From Eledone cirrhosa (lineage: Eukaryota), in assembly GCA_964016885.1 (NCBI GenBank), contig OZ024743.1:81344001-81408000 (forward strand): DNA of 64,000 nt. Reading direction: 5' to 3'. The position numbers and the translations under genes are program-made. The notes beneath the pieces are model-generated. The model saw only the letters and a list, made by a program, of their open reading frames with translations, did no database searches and had not been told where the DNA came from. Shown in pieces: positions 1-13,049 of the stretch. Every line of letters starts with the position of its first letter. The stretch's first letter is position 1.

Positions 1-1704
1 ACGAACAGCTCCAGTCGAGTTGATAGACTTGACCGCAAAGACTCCAGAAACCGCTGCAGTACTCAAGGACCAAATCACCAAACAAGAGACAAATGATGCG
101 ATCAATTACTTGAAGAACAGAAAAGCTGTGAAAATAGCATGATAATGGCGTTGACAAACTAGATGAACCACTGCTGGAAGGTTGGTCGGGTTCCTTTTGA
201 GTGTCAACGTGGTGTCATCGTCAAACTGCCGAAGAAGGGAAACCTGGCAGACTGCAACACCAGACGCAGCATCACATTGCTGTCAGTCCCGGACAAGCTG
301 TCTACTCCGGCAAGTTGTCCACTCCTGCCAGCTGTCCACTCCGGCAAGCTGTCCACTCCTGCAAGCTGTCTACTTTGGCAAGCTGTCCACTCCTGCAAGC
401 TGTCCACTCCTGCAAGCTGTCTACTTTGGCAAGCTGTCCACTCCTGCAAGCTGTCCACTCCTGCAAGCTGTCCACTCCTGCAAGCTGTCTACTTTGGCAA
501 GCTGTCCACTCCTGCAAGCTGTCTACTTTGGCAAGCTGTCCACTCCTGCAAGCTGTCCACTACGGCAAGTTGTCCACTCCTGCAAGCTATCGACTCCGGG
601 AAGAACATGCCGGCTTCCCAAACAACCGATCTGGTACTGAACAAATCTTCTCTCTACGCAACATCCTCGGACAATGCGTTGAACACTAGCATCGTTGGTT
701 GTCAACTTCATTGATTTCCAGAAGGCGTTCGACAGTGTACATCAGTAATATCTCTGGAACATCGCGCACTTGTACGGCATCCTGCAAGATTCATCGTCAT
801 CTTCAAGGCCCTGTACGCAAACTCCATCTACTGCGGGTGGACTGAGTCTGGTGTGATGGAGTTCTTTGACAATGTCTCAAATGTCAGACAGGGTTACATT
901 TTCTCTCCGCTGCTGTTCCTGTTGGCAGCCGATTTCATGGAGAGGCCAGTCGAGGCTGAAGGATCTGGCATTCGCCGACGACATCACTTCGATCGCTGAA
1001 GACAATGAAGATATGCAGGCTTTAACAGCATCCCTGGAAGAGAGTACGGAAAAGATAGGTCTGCGAATCAACGCCAAAAAGACGAAAGTGATGAGGACAG
1101 GTAACGACACAGGTCCAGAGATCAGAGTCACACCAACAAGACCTGAAAGAAGTCGCTCACTTCATCTATCTTGTCAGCATCCTGGCAATCAATGGCGTCG
1201 AGGAGCTCGACATCAACTATCGGATCGGCAAAGGAGCCACAGTTTTCCCGTAGATTCACCCAGTCTGGTCGTCTTCATGCATCAGTACCGGGATCAAGTT
1301 GTGCCTTTACAAGAGCATCGTGCTGCCAACAGTGTTTTACGCGAGCAAAACCCGGAAGAGCACCACTCAGATTCAGAGAAAGCAGAACGCATTCCACCAG
1401 TGGTGCCTGCGAAAGATCTTTCGTATGTTCTGGCGCAACCGACTGTGAAACGAGGAAATCCCGTGGAGAGCCGAGTCGTGGGTGCAGAGGGCGGTCACGG
1501 AGCGATGGTGCAACTTGGCTGGCCATAGCCTGCCCCACGATCGACACTCTAAAACGGCGATGAGTTGGATCCAGGTGGCGGCAAACGGAAGCAGGGTTGC
1601 CCCAGGATTACCTGGCGACGGTAAAAAGCCACCGTTGATAATGATCGTAGGCGCTTCCTGACAGCTTGATGTGCGGAAAGGCACAGAAGAGCCCAACATT
1701 AAGA
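1..1704 (+). mobile_element. RTE-clade LINE, decayed RT and 3' end (runs off window start)
   Basis: Frameshifted peptides GVIVKLPKKGNLADCN..SITLLSVP, LREEHAGF, NFIDFQKAFDSV, LAFADDI, GLRINAKKTKVM; clearly similar to the copy at 13392; ends at (TA)n. Confidence 0.9.
293..597 (+). repeat. 17-bp minisatellite inside the RTE RT region
   Basis: About 18 units of gcaagctgtccactcct / gcaagctgtctactttg. Confidence 0.95.
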
Positions 1705-2052
<348 letters not shown>

Positions 2053-2141
2053 GTTGGAGATGAGTTTTATTGTAGTACAATAAAGCAATGCAGATATCGG
2101 ATAAGAAGCACTCTACAGTTTGTAGGACTGGAGTATACATA

Positions 2142-2366
2142 ATATATAAGATCAAAAGATGGTTAAAAGAGTTCCATGTATTTTATTATGCGCATTTCAA
2201 AACTGCATGTTGATTCAAAACTGAACTATTCACAAGTGTTTTTTAACCTTCATATCATGTCTTCCTATTTTATCTGATGAAAACACAAATATTATTGCAT
2301 GACGATATTTGTTTTTGAAATGCGCATAATAAAATACATGGAACTCTTTTAACCATCTTTTGATCT

Positions 2367-2373
<7 letters not shown>
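2142..2373 (+). mobile_element. Fold-back PLE-type terminal repeat fragment
   Basis: ~60-bp inverted arms 2142-2202 / 2313-2373 enclosing a hammerhead; abuts (TA)n. Confidence 0.75.
2266..2336 (+). ncRNA. Type I hammerhead ribozyme
   Basis: Stem I tattttat/ataaaata; CTGATGA 2274-2280; stem II acaaatat...atatttgt; GAAA 2317-2320; palindromic stem III ATGCGCAT then A (cleavage AUA). Confidence 0.85.
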
Positions 2374-2411
<38 letters not shown>

Positions 2412-2424
2412 GTATATGTATATA

Positions 2425-2545
<121 letters not shown>

Positions 2546-2570
2546 GTATATATATATACATATACATATA

Positions 2571-2607
<37 letters not shown>

Positions 2608-2621
2608 TTATATATACATAC

Positions 2622-2658
<37 letters not shown>

Positions 2659-2987
2659 ATGTATATATATATAAATATATGTATATATATATATATGGAT
2701 GTGTGTGTGTGTGCATGTGCCATATGTATATGTGTGTTTGTGTGTGTGAGTAGTTTATCATGTAACAAAATCACACTCTCTATATATTACTGAATTTGCA
2801 CTTGTGTTTAGTTTGTTGTGGTTTTTGTTGATCATTTTCTTAATAAGGAAACTCTGCATTAGGCTTGCCTTGACGAAATATGAAATGATCTAGGGTCAAG
2901 TGGTATGGTTTGAACACACACACACACACACATATACATATTCTGGCATAAATATATACTTATATTTATATAAGTACGCAAACACAG

Positions 2988-3109
<122 letters not shown>

Positions 3110-3120
3110 ATATATATACA

Positions 3121-3243
<123 letters not shown>

Positions 3244-3739
3244 TGAAAACCAGGTAAAAATGAAGTAAAAGGAAGTGCATAAATAAAGGATGGAATGGAA
3301 CAAACAAAAAGTATATTAAAAGTAAATAAATATAAAAAGTAAGAAAATAAATTGCGATAAACAAACAACAATGAAAAAAAAACTGCAAATGAAAGTGAGA
3401 GAATAAAAATAATAACAATAGAAATAAGGACATAAGATGAAAAATAAAAGACTTGGATGTGGATGTAAGAAGAATGAAACAGAAAAGAGATAGAGAGAAA
3501 GAAAGGAAGGAAATTATAGGAAAGAAAAGATAAATAGGACGAAAACAAAATGGCGTCGGTGGAAAAGATGGGAGCGGATTTTTTGAAAGGCGTAAAATGA
3601 TGAATGATATTAGGTCAACGGACGGGAAATAAAGAAGACCACGAAATGATAAAACGGGATATGATGAAGAAAGAAATGATAAAATGACTTATATATTGTC
3701 TGTTCCTTCATTTATTTAAATATGTATACATAGGTAGTG

Positions 3740-3808
<69 letters not shown>

Positions 3809-3819
3809 CATATATATAC

Positions 3820-3908
<89 letters not shown>

Positions 3909-3919
3909 AATATATATAC

Positions 3920-4024
<105 letters not shown>

Positions 4025-4055
4025 CAGATATATACATATATATACATATATATAC

Positions 4056-4086
<31 letters not shown>

Positions 4087-4103
4087 AAAATATATATACA
4101 TAA

Positions 4104-4169
<66 letters not shown>

Positions 4170-4289
4170 ATATACATATATAAGCACCTATATATGCAAA
4201 AATGTACATACATAAAGAGATAGACGTATATGTACCTATACATAAAACGTATGCTCAAACACGCATATATTTGTGGGCGTATGCATACG

Positions 4290-4330
<41 letters not shown>

Positions 4331-5180
4331 TCATGTGTCTGTGTACGTGTGCATATTCACATGTGTGTTTAGGAAAATTACTCATATTCATGTAATTACA
4401 TTACCATATTTATAGATACATATATATGCATATATCTATCTATATACATATATATATAGAGAGAGAAAGATAGATATAAATACATATATGCATACATATT
4501 TATAGATAAATGCATATGTATGTATAATTAAGATAAAATAATATGAGCCAATAGTTTTTACATTTGAATTAATTCCCTTGGTTTCCTCTAGAGATTTTTA
4601 TTATGCAAATATTTTTCCAAAAATATTTCTAACGCTTTCTATAATTAAAAAATGTTCTTATCTTATCTTAGCTGCATCGTAAGGGCAATGGGTAAACATA
4701 CCTCGTGGGCTCTTTGTGTTCTCGTTCTTAGTTTACATCCTGCTATTGGTAGGTTTAAAGGTCCAACCTCATCCTCAAATGTTTTTCGTGGAGTGCAAGT
4801 TGTCGCAAACATTCGGGTCGGATATTTGCTTTGAAAGCGACTTCCTGTCTCCAATCTTTCCTTTCTTTCTTGACTAAATAGATTTGATTAGTTCATAGTT
4901 TCTGATGAGTTCCAATAAAGTAGCCACATGTCCACCTTTGGAAATTGTTTACAGACAAATATTAAAGTCTCTCCTAATCATGTCAATAATGTTTCGAAAA
5001 TGACATTTACTGTCTTGAAATTATCCAAGTGTCGTTATGAATTTCCGCTAGGCTTTCACATTTTTCTTCTCCAACTGAGAGGGAAACTTTAATTAATTTA
5101 GAACTTTCTGCTTTCGTTAGTAAGTACTTCACTACACACACATACACCCCCTCCCACACAGACACATATATATATATATA

Positions 5181-5344
5181 GGAAAATGTTCAAGACCCCG
5201 ACGGCAGAGCTCATGCCGTTTCGACGGCTATTTCTGGACTCCAGTGTCCAGAAATAGCCGTCGAAACGGCTTGAGCTTACTACCCTAAGTATTGAGTACT
5301 ATGGTGCGTTATGGTCCACCAGGTTCCTTACCACACTTCCTTCG

Positions 5345-5347
<3 letters not shown>
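5181..5347 (+). mobile_element. PLE-type tail family P, 5'-inverted copy in (TA)n
   Basis: Palindrome 5208-5239 / 5246-5277; shares ctaccctaagtattgagtact...ttccttacca with 20785, 28368 and 48085; carries the 3' half of a hammerhead (GAAAcggc...gccgTCgggg). Confidence 0.7.
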
Positions 5348-5416
<69 letters not shown>

Positions 5417-5509
5417 GTTATTAGAATAAGGTGTGATCTACAGAAGGCCTTACACAAAAGTGTTCATTTGTTTTTAGCTGAGTGTTCTCGAATAACGTAA
5501 AATTAAATA

Positions 5510-5585
5510 TCGACAGGACCGGGAATCGAACCCTATATATTCATGTGTATATAAACATACGCCCTACACCACTAGCCCTCCACCT
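5510..5585 (-). mobile_element. Decayed tRNA-derived SINE head
   Basis: Minus strand reads ggctagtgg (A-box-like) ... ggttcgattcccggtc (B box). Confidence 0.45.
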
Positions 5586-6699
5586 ACGTGGATATATGTA
5601 CATGACATTACATTCTGTGAATAATATCTATGCACAAGCAGATGACTGTTGTATAAAACTAAATGTATATTCACATAGAGTAGGCTGGCGGCCATTAATG
5701 TAGAAATCTCATTATAGAGAGCATGGTAGAGAAAGCCATTACACTTTAATAACGTACACATTAAACTGTCTTAGTTGATTGAATGGAAAGGATGTAGGAG
5801 GTTTTTTTTGAGAGACTGTTCTTGTAAGGAACTCCCTCTGATGTTGAACGAATTATTTGAACCACACTCACACGTAGTAAATATATAACGGCCTACATTG
5901 TTGGATATCCAGCCTAACAAAACTTTTTATATTATGTCAATCTACTTTCTACATATACATCCATCCATTCCTCTCTCTCTCCTTCTCTCTCTCTCCCTCT
6001 CTCTCCCTCTCTCCCTATATAACTTTCTCATTATTAAGCTGGTGTTCACAACATATTATTTAACATAAAATTATGCTGGCATATTTTTAGGTGAATATAA
6101 TCTCTTTAAAACAAACAGTTTTGTATCAAAACTTTTATGAAAAGTGTTATGGAGAAGCTCCAGTATGGCCCCGGTCTAATGATTGGAACCAACAAATGAG
6201 TAATAGTTAAAGGGAGCAAAATGCTAAATAGATTCACTCTGTCAAAACGCAACAAATTACTGCCAGAGAAATATTTTCTGATTTCTATGTATCGCCATTG
6301 ATTACAGAAGAGTTTCTTCATTAGAAAGTGACAAACACATCATCAGATTTGAGGGTTGTATTAAATTTAACACCTAATCATGATTTTACTTATAGTTTCT
6401 TAAGAATTCGAAACTATTAATCGATGTTAATAATGCTGGAGCTGCCTGCCATAAATAGTATCTCAGCGTGTATTACAAAGAACGTCATGTTAGGTATGTG
6501 TAGGTGTGTATGTATGTATATATCTAACTATATATATATATTATATATATATATATATACATGTACATGTACATATAAATGTACATGCAATTACCAGTTG
6601 ATGATGAAATCCCTTCATTAGCATATTACAAATGACATAAAATGGCATAAAATTACATGAAAGAAACCTTTCAATTATTATTCTTATCTTATTATTGTT

Positions 6700-6916
6700 G
6701 AATTGGCAGTATCGGTAGAGGGTCGGCCACCATGCTTAGTAGCATAGAGTTACACCCCTTTACGGTCTGAGTTCAAATACCGCCGAGGCTAACTTTGCCT
6801 TTCATCTTTACGGGGTCAATAAAATAAAGCACCAGTAACGTACTGGTGTCGATTTAATCGACTTTCCTCTCCCCCCAAATTACGGGCCTTGTGCCTATAC
6901 TAGAAACAATTATTAT
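6700..6916 (+). mobile_element. tRNA-derived SINE family S (central gcctttcatccttacggggtcgataaaataaagtaccag; tail tagaaacaattatt)
   Basis: A box tggcagtatcgg, B box gagttcaaatac; at least 7 copies in window; resembles octopus SINEs from memory. Confidence 0.85.
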
Positions 6917-6922
6917 CACCAA

Positions 6923-7115
6923 GGGCGGTGAATTGGCAGTATCGGTAGAGGGTCGAACGCCATGCTTTCCAGCATAGTTACCTCCCTTTACAGTCTGAGT
7001 TCAAATCTCGTCGAGGTTAACTTTGCCTTACATCCTTACGGGGTCGATAAAATAAAGTACCAGTAATGCATTGGGTATTTGCTGGCCTTGTGCCTAAAGT
7101 AGAAACAATTATTAT
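6923..7115 (+). mobile_element. SINE family S, tandem second copy
   Basis: Same head, core and tail as 6700. Confidence 0.85.
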
Positions 7116-7396
7116 CACCAGCAGCAGCAGCAGCAGCACTATTTTGGTTTTGCTGGGCAGGATCTTCTCTCGTTAGAACGATATGACAATACCAAAGTAT
7201 TCCTGGTCCTTCTGTCGGGAGGTTTCTACCTCTTTCTCTCTTTGTTTCTCTCTCTCTCTCTATCTCTCTGTCTCTCTCTCTCTCGCTGTCCCTCTCTCTA
7301 TCTCTCTATCTGTTTGTTTATCTCTCTCTCTCCCTCTCTATACCTACATACATATATAATATATATTTAAGTGTGCCCTTGCGCAAGCATATGTGT

Positions 7397-7479
<83 letters not shown>

Positions 7480-8086
7480 ATATCTCTTCGCAAATAATAT
7501 TGCGATACGGTTCTATCAAAGACCGTCTGGGTGATGGTAGTTACCACAATACTGGTTTGTATTTATTTTTCTTAATTTATTCTTAAATTGAGTCTAGCAA
7601 ACCCTATTGTCTGTAGTTAGTATTTTTTTTCACCTTACCGATTTTGGTCCATTACGATTGGAACACATATAATATGTCTGTGTTAGTTTTATCTTTTTGT
7701 TAGGTTATATAATATTCTGTCGTCAAAAACCATTATATTGCAGACTCCTGCAATCGGAATTTGTCGATCTTGGATTTCCAGAAACTTAGCGCTGATGTTG
7801 GGTGCTGTATGTGATGTATATTGTGTGATATACGATGTGCATTATATATTTTGCATTCAGCCTCACCGCTATGTCCGAGTCAGTATAAAATCTTTTCCTG
7901 GGTCCTGTAATTTCGTTGCTCTAGTGATGCGGCTGGACTGCCGACCGCTATATCTGATTTGCTAAGCTGTCTGAACGTATTGTTACTACTCTGTGGTTCT
8001 TTTCCCCATTTGAGTGCTAAATCTACAGACCGATTCGCATTCGTTAGCTTGGCCGTGTTCTAAAGCTTCGTTAATGCTGTACTAAA

Positions 8087-8140
<54 letters not shown>

Positions 8141-8297
8141 ATACACATATATATATATATATTTATACATTTACATATTATATGCGTGTATACGTGTGAG
8201 TGGATCCCTGTGTATGTATGTGTGTATGTCAGACACTCATCCATCCATAGATTTACAGATTCATTCATTTATTTCACTCATACATTAATATATCCTC

Positions 8298-9700
8298 GCC
8301 ACCACCACCACCACTACTACCACCACCACCACTACCATCACCACTACCACCACAACCACCACTACCACCACCATCACCAGCACCACTACCACCACCACAG
8401 CTACCACCACTACCACTACCACCACCACCACCACCACCACCACCACAACTACCACCAGCACTAACACCACCACAGCCACCACCACTACCACTACCACCAC
8501 CACCACCACCACTACCACCACCACTACCACCACCACCACCACCACCACCACCACTACCACCACTACTACCACCACCACCACTAACACCACCACCAACACT
8601 ACCACCACTATTACCAGCACCACCACCACCACCAGCCCCACCACCACTACCACCACCACCTACACTACCACCTCTACTACCACCACCACCACCACCACCA
8701 CCATCACCATCATCACCATCGTCATCACCACCACCAACACCAGCACCACCACCACTACCACCACTACCACCACCACCACAACCACCACCACCACCACCAC
8801 CGCCGCCATCACCGCCACCGCCACCACCACCATCACCATCACAACCACCGCTACCCCCCCCCCCACCACCACCACTACCACCACGACCACCAGCAACATT
8901 ACCACCACCACACCACTGCCACCATCATCGCCACCACCACCACTACCGCCACCATTACCACCGTCACCACCAACACCTACACTACCACTACCACCACCGC
9001 CACCACCAACAACTACACTACCACCAACACCACCAGCAGCAACACTTCCATCACGAGCACCACCACTACCACCACCACCACCACCACCACTTCCACCACC
9101 ACCACCACTACCGCCACCATCACTACCACAACCACCACCACCACTTCCACCACCACCACCACTACCGCCACCATCACCATCACGACACCCCCTCCCCCCA
9201 AAAACACCCCCAGCCCCACCCCCACCACCCCACCAATCAAACTTCATGCAACAAGAATTCAGATTAAAAAAACCAGCAATTGAATGACTTTTAGAATTCA
9301 CCAAAACCATTGGAATGGAACTTTATATTAAATCGGCTCCCTTAATAAATTGCAACAACACCTCCACCACCACTGGTACCACTACCAACAACACCTCCAC
9401 CACCACCGGCATCATCACCACCAACACCATTGCTAACAACAGCAACACCACACCGCCACAACCGGCTCCATCACCAACACCACCACCAACACGAGCATCA
9501 CCACCACCACCGCCATCACCAACCTCACAACTGGCGCCTCCACCACTGCTACCACTACCAACAACAGCAACACCACGACCATCAACGCCACCACCACCAC
9601 TGCTGCCACCACCACCACCACCACCACCACCACCACCACCACCACCACCACCACCACCAACCCCACCATCATCATCACTACCTACACATACAACAAAAAT
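8298..9700 (+). repeat. (CCA)n/(CTA)n degenerate trinucleotide arrays
   Basis: Direct reading; short unique gap ~9240-9350. Confidence 0.95.
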
Positions 9701-9836
9701 ATAGACAAAAACAACGACAGTCTTTTAATGTGTGTGTGTGTTGTTACAATCCACATTTACGCAGGTTTAACGGTCTCTTACAAGGGTGGATCTCATAGTA
9801 GGTTTCTTGAGGGTTTTAATAAAGGGCTCAGTTTGA

Positions 9837-9947
<111 letters not shown>

Positions 9948-9973
9948 TATATATATATACATATATATATATC

Positions 9974-10332
9974 TAGCCCTCTTTGGATTTTAGTCCTCGC
10001 ATTTATTATTATTACTATATATATATTTATATGTTTATATATATATATATATATATATAGTACAGCGTTCCTTTGTCAGTGTTGAACAAATGAGCAACAA
10101 TGGTTGCTAGACACTGTATGGCTTAATTCGGGATGTTTGTTTACAAACACACCGAGCATTATAATAAATGTTCGATGAATCCATACGTACATATATATAT
10201 GTGTGCATGTATGTATATATATATACATACTACTGTACGTCTGTATACATATATGTATGTACGTATACATACTTATATTTAATTAACAGCCGTACTATGA
10301 GTGAGAAATGAAATTTCGTTTCATTTTTTTCC

Positions 10333-10376
<44 letters not shown>

Positions 10377-10730
10377 GCAAAAAATGACACGAAATTTCAT
10401 TTCTCACTCATAGTACGGCTGTTAATTAAATATAAGTATGTATACGTACATACATATATGTATACAGACGTACAGTAGTATGTATATATATATATACATA
10501 CATGCACACATATATATATGTACGTATGGATTCATCGAACATTTATTATAATGCTCGGTGTGTTTGTAAACAAACATCCCGAATTAAGCCATACAGTGTC
10601 TAGCAACCATTGTTGCTCATTTGTTCAACACTGACAAAGGAACGCTGTACTATATATATATATATATAAACATATAAATATATATATAGTAATAATAATA
10701 AATGCGAAGACTAAAATCCAAAGAGGGCTC
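9974..10730. repeat. Large inverted duplication containing family Q (PLE-type tail)
   Basis: Arms ~9974-10335 and ~10378-10730 are near-perfect reverse complements around a (TA)n spacer. Confidence 0.9.
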
Positions 10731-10731
10731 G

Positions 10732-10865
<134 letters not shown>

Positions 10866-11270
10866 AAATGGAAAAGAATGAAACGAAATTTCATTTTTCA
10901 CTCTTAGTACGGCTGATACTTAAATGTAAGTATGTATACGTACATACATATATGTATACAGACGTACAGTTATATGTATATATATACATACATGCACACA
11001 TATATATATATGTACGTATGGGTTTACCGAACATTTAACATAATGTTCGGCTTGTACATCGTTCCTGTGTCAGTGTTGAACAAAAAGGCGACGATGGTTG
11101 CCGAACACTGTACGGCGTAATTCGGGCTGTTTGTTTACAAACAAACCGAACATTATAATAAATGTTTGGTAAACCCATACGTACATATATATATTTGTGT
11201 GCATGTATGTATATATATATACGTACGTCTGTATACATATATGTATGTACGTATACATACTTATATTTAT
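10866..11270. mobile_element. Family Q fold-back copy
   Basis: Minus arm 10866-11050, then plus arm starting gtacatcgttcc at 11054; same family as 10058 and 16741. Confidence 0.8.
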
Positions 11271-11295
11271 ATATATATATATTCAAACAAACTTA

Positions 11296-11745
11296 CGCGA
11301 AAGCTGCTATACTTATTCACGTGACTACATCAACCAACCAAATTTCACTCATATATGAAAAAAACAATCCGCTATATTCACTGAACCAGAACAATTCTCC
11401 CATCCCATTTCTCTTGACCATTATCTTTTGTTTGTCATAAAATTCTCTAAAAGGCTACAAAATAAATTCCCAAATACTGGCGCGAAATTTAATGAACTTG
11501 TTCACGTGACCGCAATAATTTCATTCATAACCAATCAAATTACATTTATAAAAAAAATCCTTCGTGAGCCCCCTTTTTTAAGTAAAAAGAAATTCAAACG
11601 CTCATATATGAAAAAACAATCTGAGCCCCCCCCCCCCCCTGTTTGAAGAACTTTGTAACGCTAACTGGCGCGAAATTTATTATACTTATTGACCAGCCAA
11701 TCAAATTACTTTTCTAAAAACCTGGCGTTTCGAGCCACTTTTTTT
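11296..11745 (+). repeat. Three diverged ~185-bp tandem units
   Basis: (gg)cgcgaaa...(tcacgtgac)...accaa(t/c)caaatt recurs near 11297, 11479 and 11666. Confidence 0.6.
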
Positions 11746-11819
11746 TTTCATATAAAACAAGTAACATTCAAAGACCAACCAGATGTGAGAAAAACCACAG
11801 ACCCTCCATCTCAACTCTA

Positions 11820-11855
11820 CTTTTGAAAAGCAGAAGAACTGCGAAACCGGTAAAG
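11820..11855 (+). ncRNA. Minimal type I hammerhead with C3U/G8A core
   Basis: ctt-TTGAAAA-gcag aagaa ctgc-GAAA-ccgg-TA-aag; lies in repeat 11781-11932, whose inverted copy is at ~20609-20758. Confidence 0.65.
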
Positions 11856-12190
11856 GAACCAAATAAATATATATATATATATTTTTAAATAAGACTCCAG
11901 TTGCATTTTCGATTTCATCTTTTTTTCTTTATACTTTCACTCGTGTAGGACACCTCGGTTATTTTTCATTTTGTAAAAAAACCTCACTTTCTAATAATAT
12001 ATATATATATATATTTAATACATTAACAGAGAAAGCTTTAAGCGATACTCTGACCAACTCCATCTCACTCAACAAACATTAGGATATACCTAAGTATAAT
12101 CCCAATTTAGTGTTTGGGGTGCTAACTATATAGTGGAAAGTTGGTTGTATTATTTTATATGAGACATAATTAAATAAATCTCTCTTTCTT

Positions 12191-12313
12191 TCCATATGAT
12201 CGTTTCATTATAAGATTTCTACAAGTTGGGATAAATAATGTCCAAGTTATGTAGAAACTTGTATATAATCCATAGATATACACACAAGCGAGCCCTTATA
12301 ACTCATCAGTGGA
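12191..12313 (-). ncRNA. Type I hammerhead with long branched stem II
   Basis: Minus strand: tcca-CTGATGA-gttataag[2 internal hairpins]cttataat-GAAA-cgatca-TA-tgga. Confidence 0.8.
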
Positions 12314-12705
12314 TGCCCATGCAATATCGATATAAAAAAATTACATCGATATTAATAATTAGTGATGGTCGCCGTCAGTCCTAGAAGAACAGCTAAATTT
12401 GAAAAGCCAGTAGTCCTTCAAAAAGAAAATTCACGCTGTCCCCAAAAGGGAAAGAGGAGGTAATCGTAAAATATAAAATAATATACACGTTGGTCATTGA
12501 AGCCTGTTAGGTATTTTAACCACGTGTTTAAGAACTCAATTGGATATTAACAAAATAAATATATGTATGTACCATCTACACAGAGAGAGATATTAAAAAA
12601 ATAATAAATATATGTACGCACTATCTATACATACCTATAGGTATTTTCTCAGGCAAAAATATCAGACATGAGATACAGGAAAATGCAATCAATATTTCAT
12701 ATAAA

Positions 12706-12739
<34 letters not shown>

Positions 12740-13049
12740 GAGTTTTTCGAGTCCAGCACACTAACGACTACACCACACGTACCTTCACATAATACATGGA
12801 ACATGTGTAAAAGAGGAGGCACACACACACACACAGTCATTGAAAGAGTCGCAGGGTGTGATGAAAAACTTTGATAAACCAACTGATTAATGAATCAATT
12901 ATCTGATTAATAAAACGGTGTGGGTGGTTTCAGTGACAGTATGACTCTCTCATTTGACAATATAACTATATGTAAATATTGTTGTGGGTATATATACCTC
13001 TAGTATGTGGAATATATACCTCTACTACGTGGTATATATACCCATTGTA

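Noticed and set aside
163-714. Three overlapping repeat-peptide ORFs
   Set aside because: Product of a stop-free 17-bp minisatellite inside a dead RTE
4663-4920. 63-aa minus-strand ORF, and CTGATGAG at ~4902 as a hammerhead
   Set aside because: No recognisable domain; no matching stem II/GAAA/stem I found downstream
6119-6216. Possible plus-strand exon (cag acceptor, LYQNFYEKCYGEAPVWPR...)
   Set aside because: No recognisable homology; ctccagtatggcc..gtctaatgattggaac resembles a SINE tail
5510-7115. tRNA genes
   Set aside because: A and B boxes are present but there is no full cloverleaf; they continue into SINE bodies
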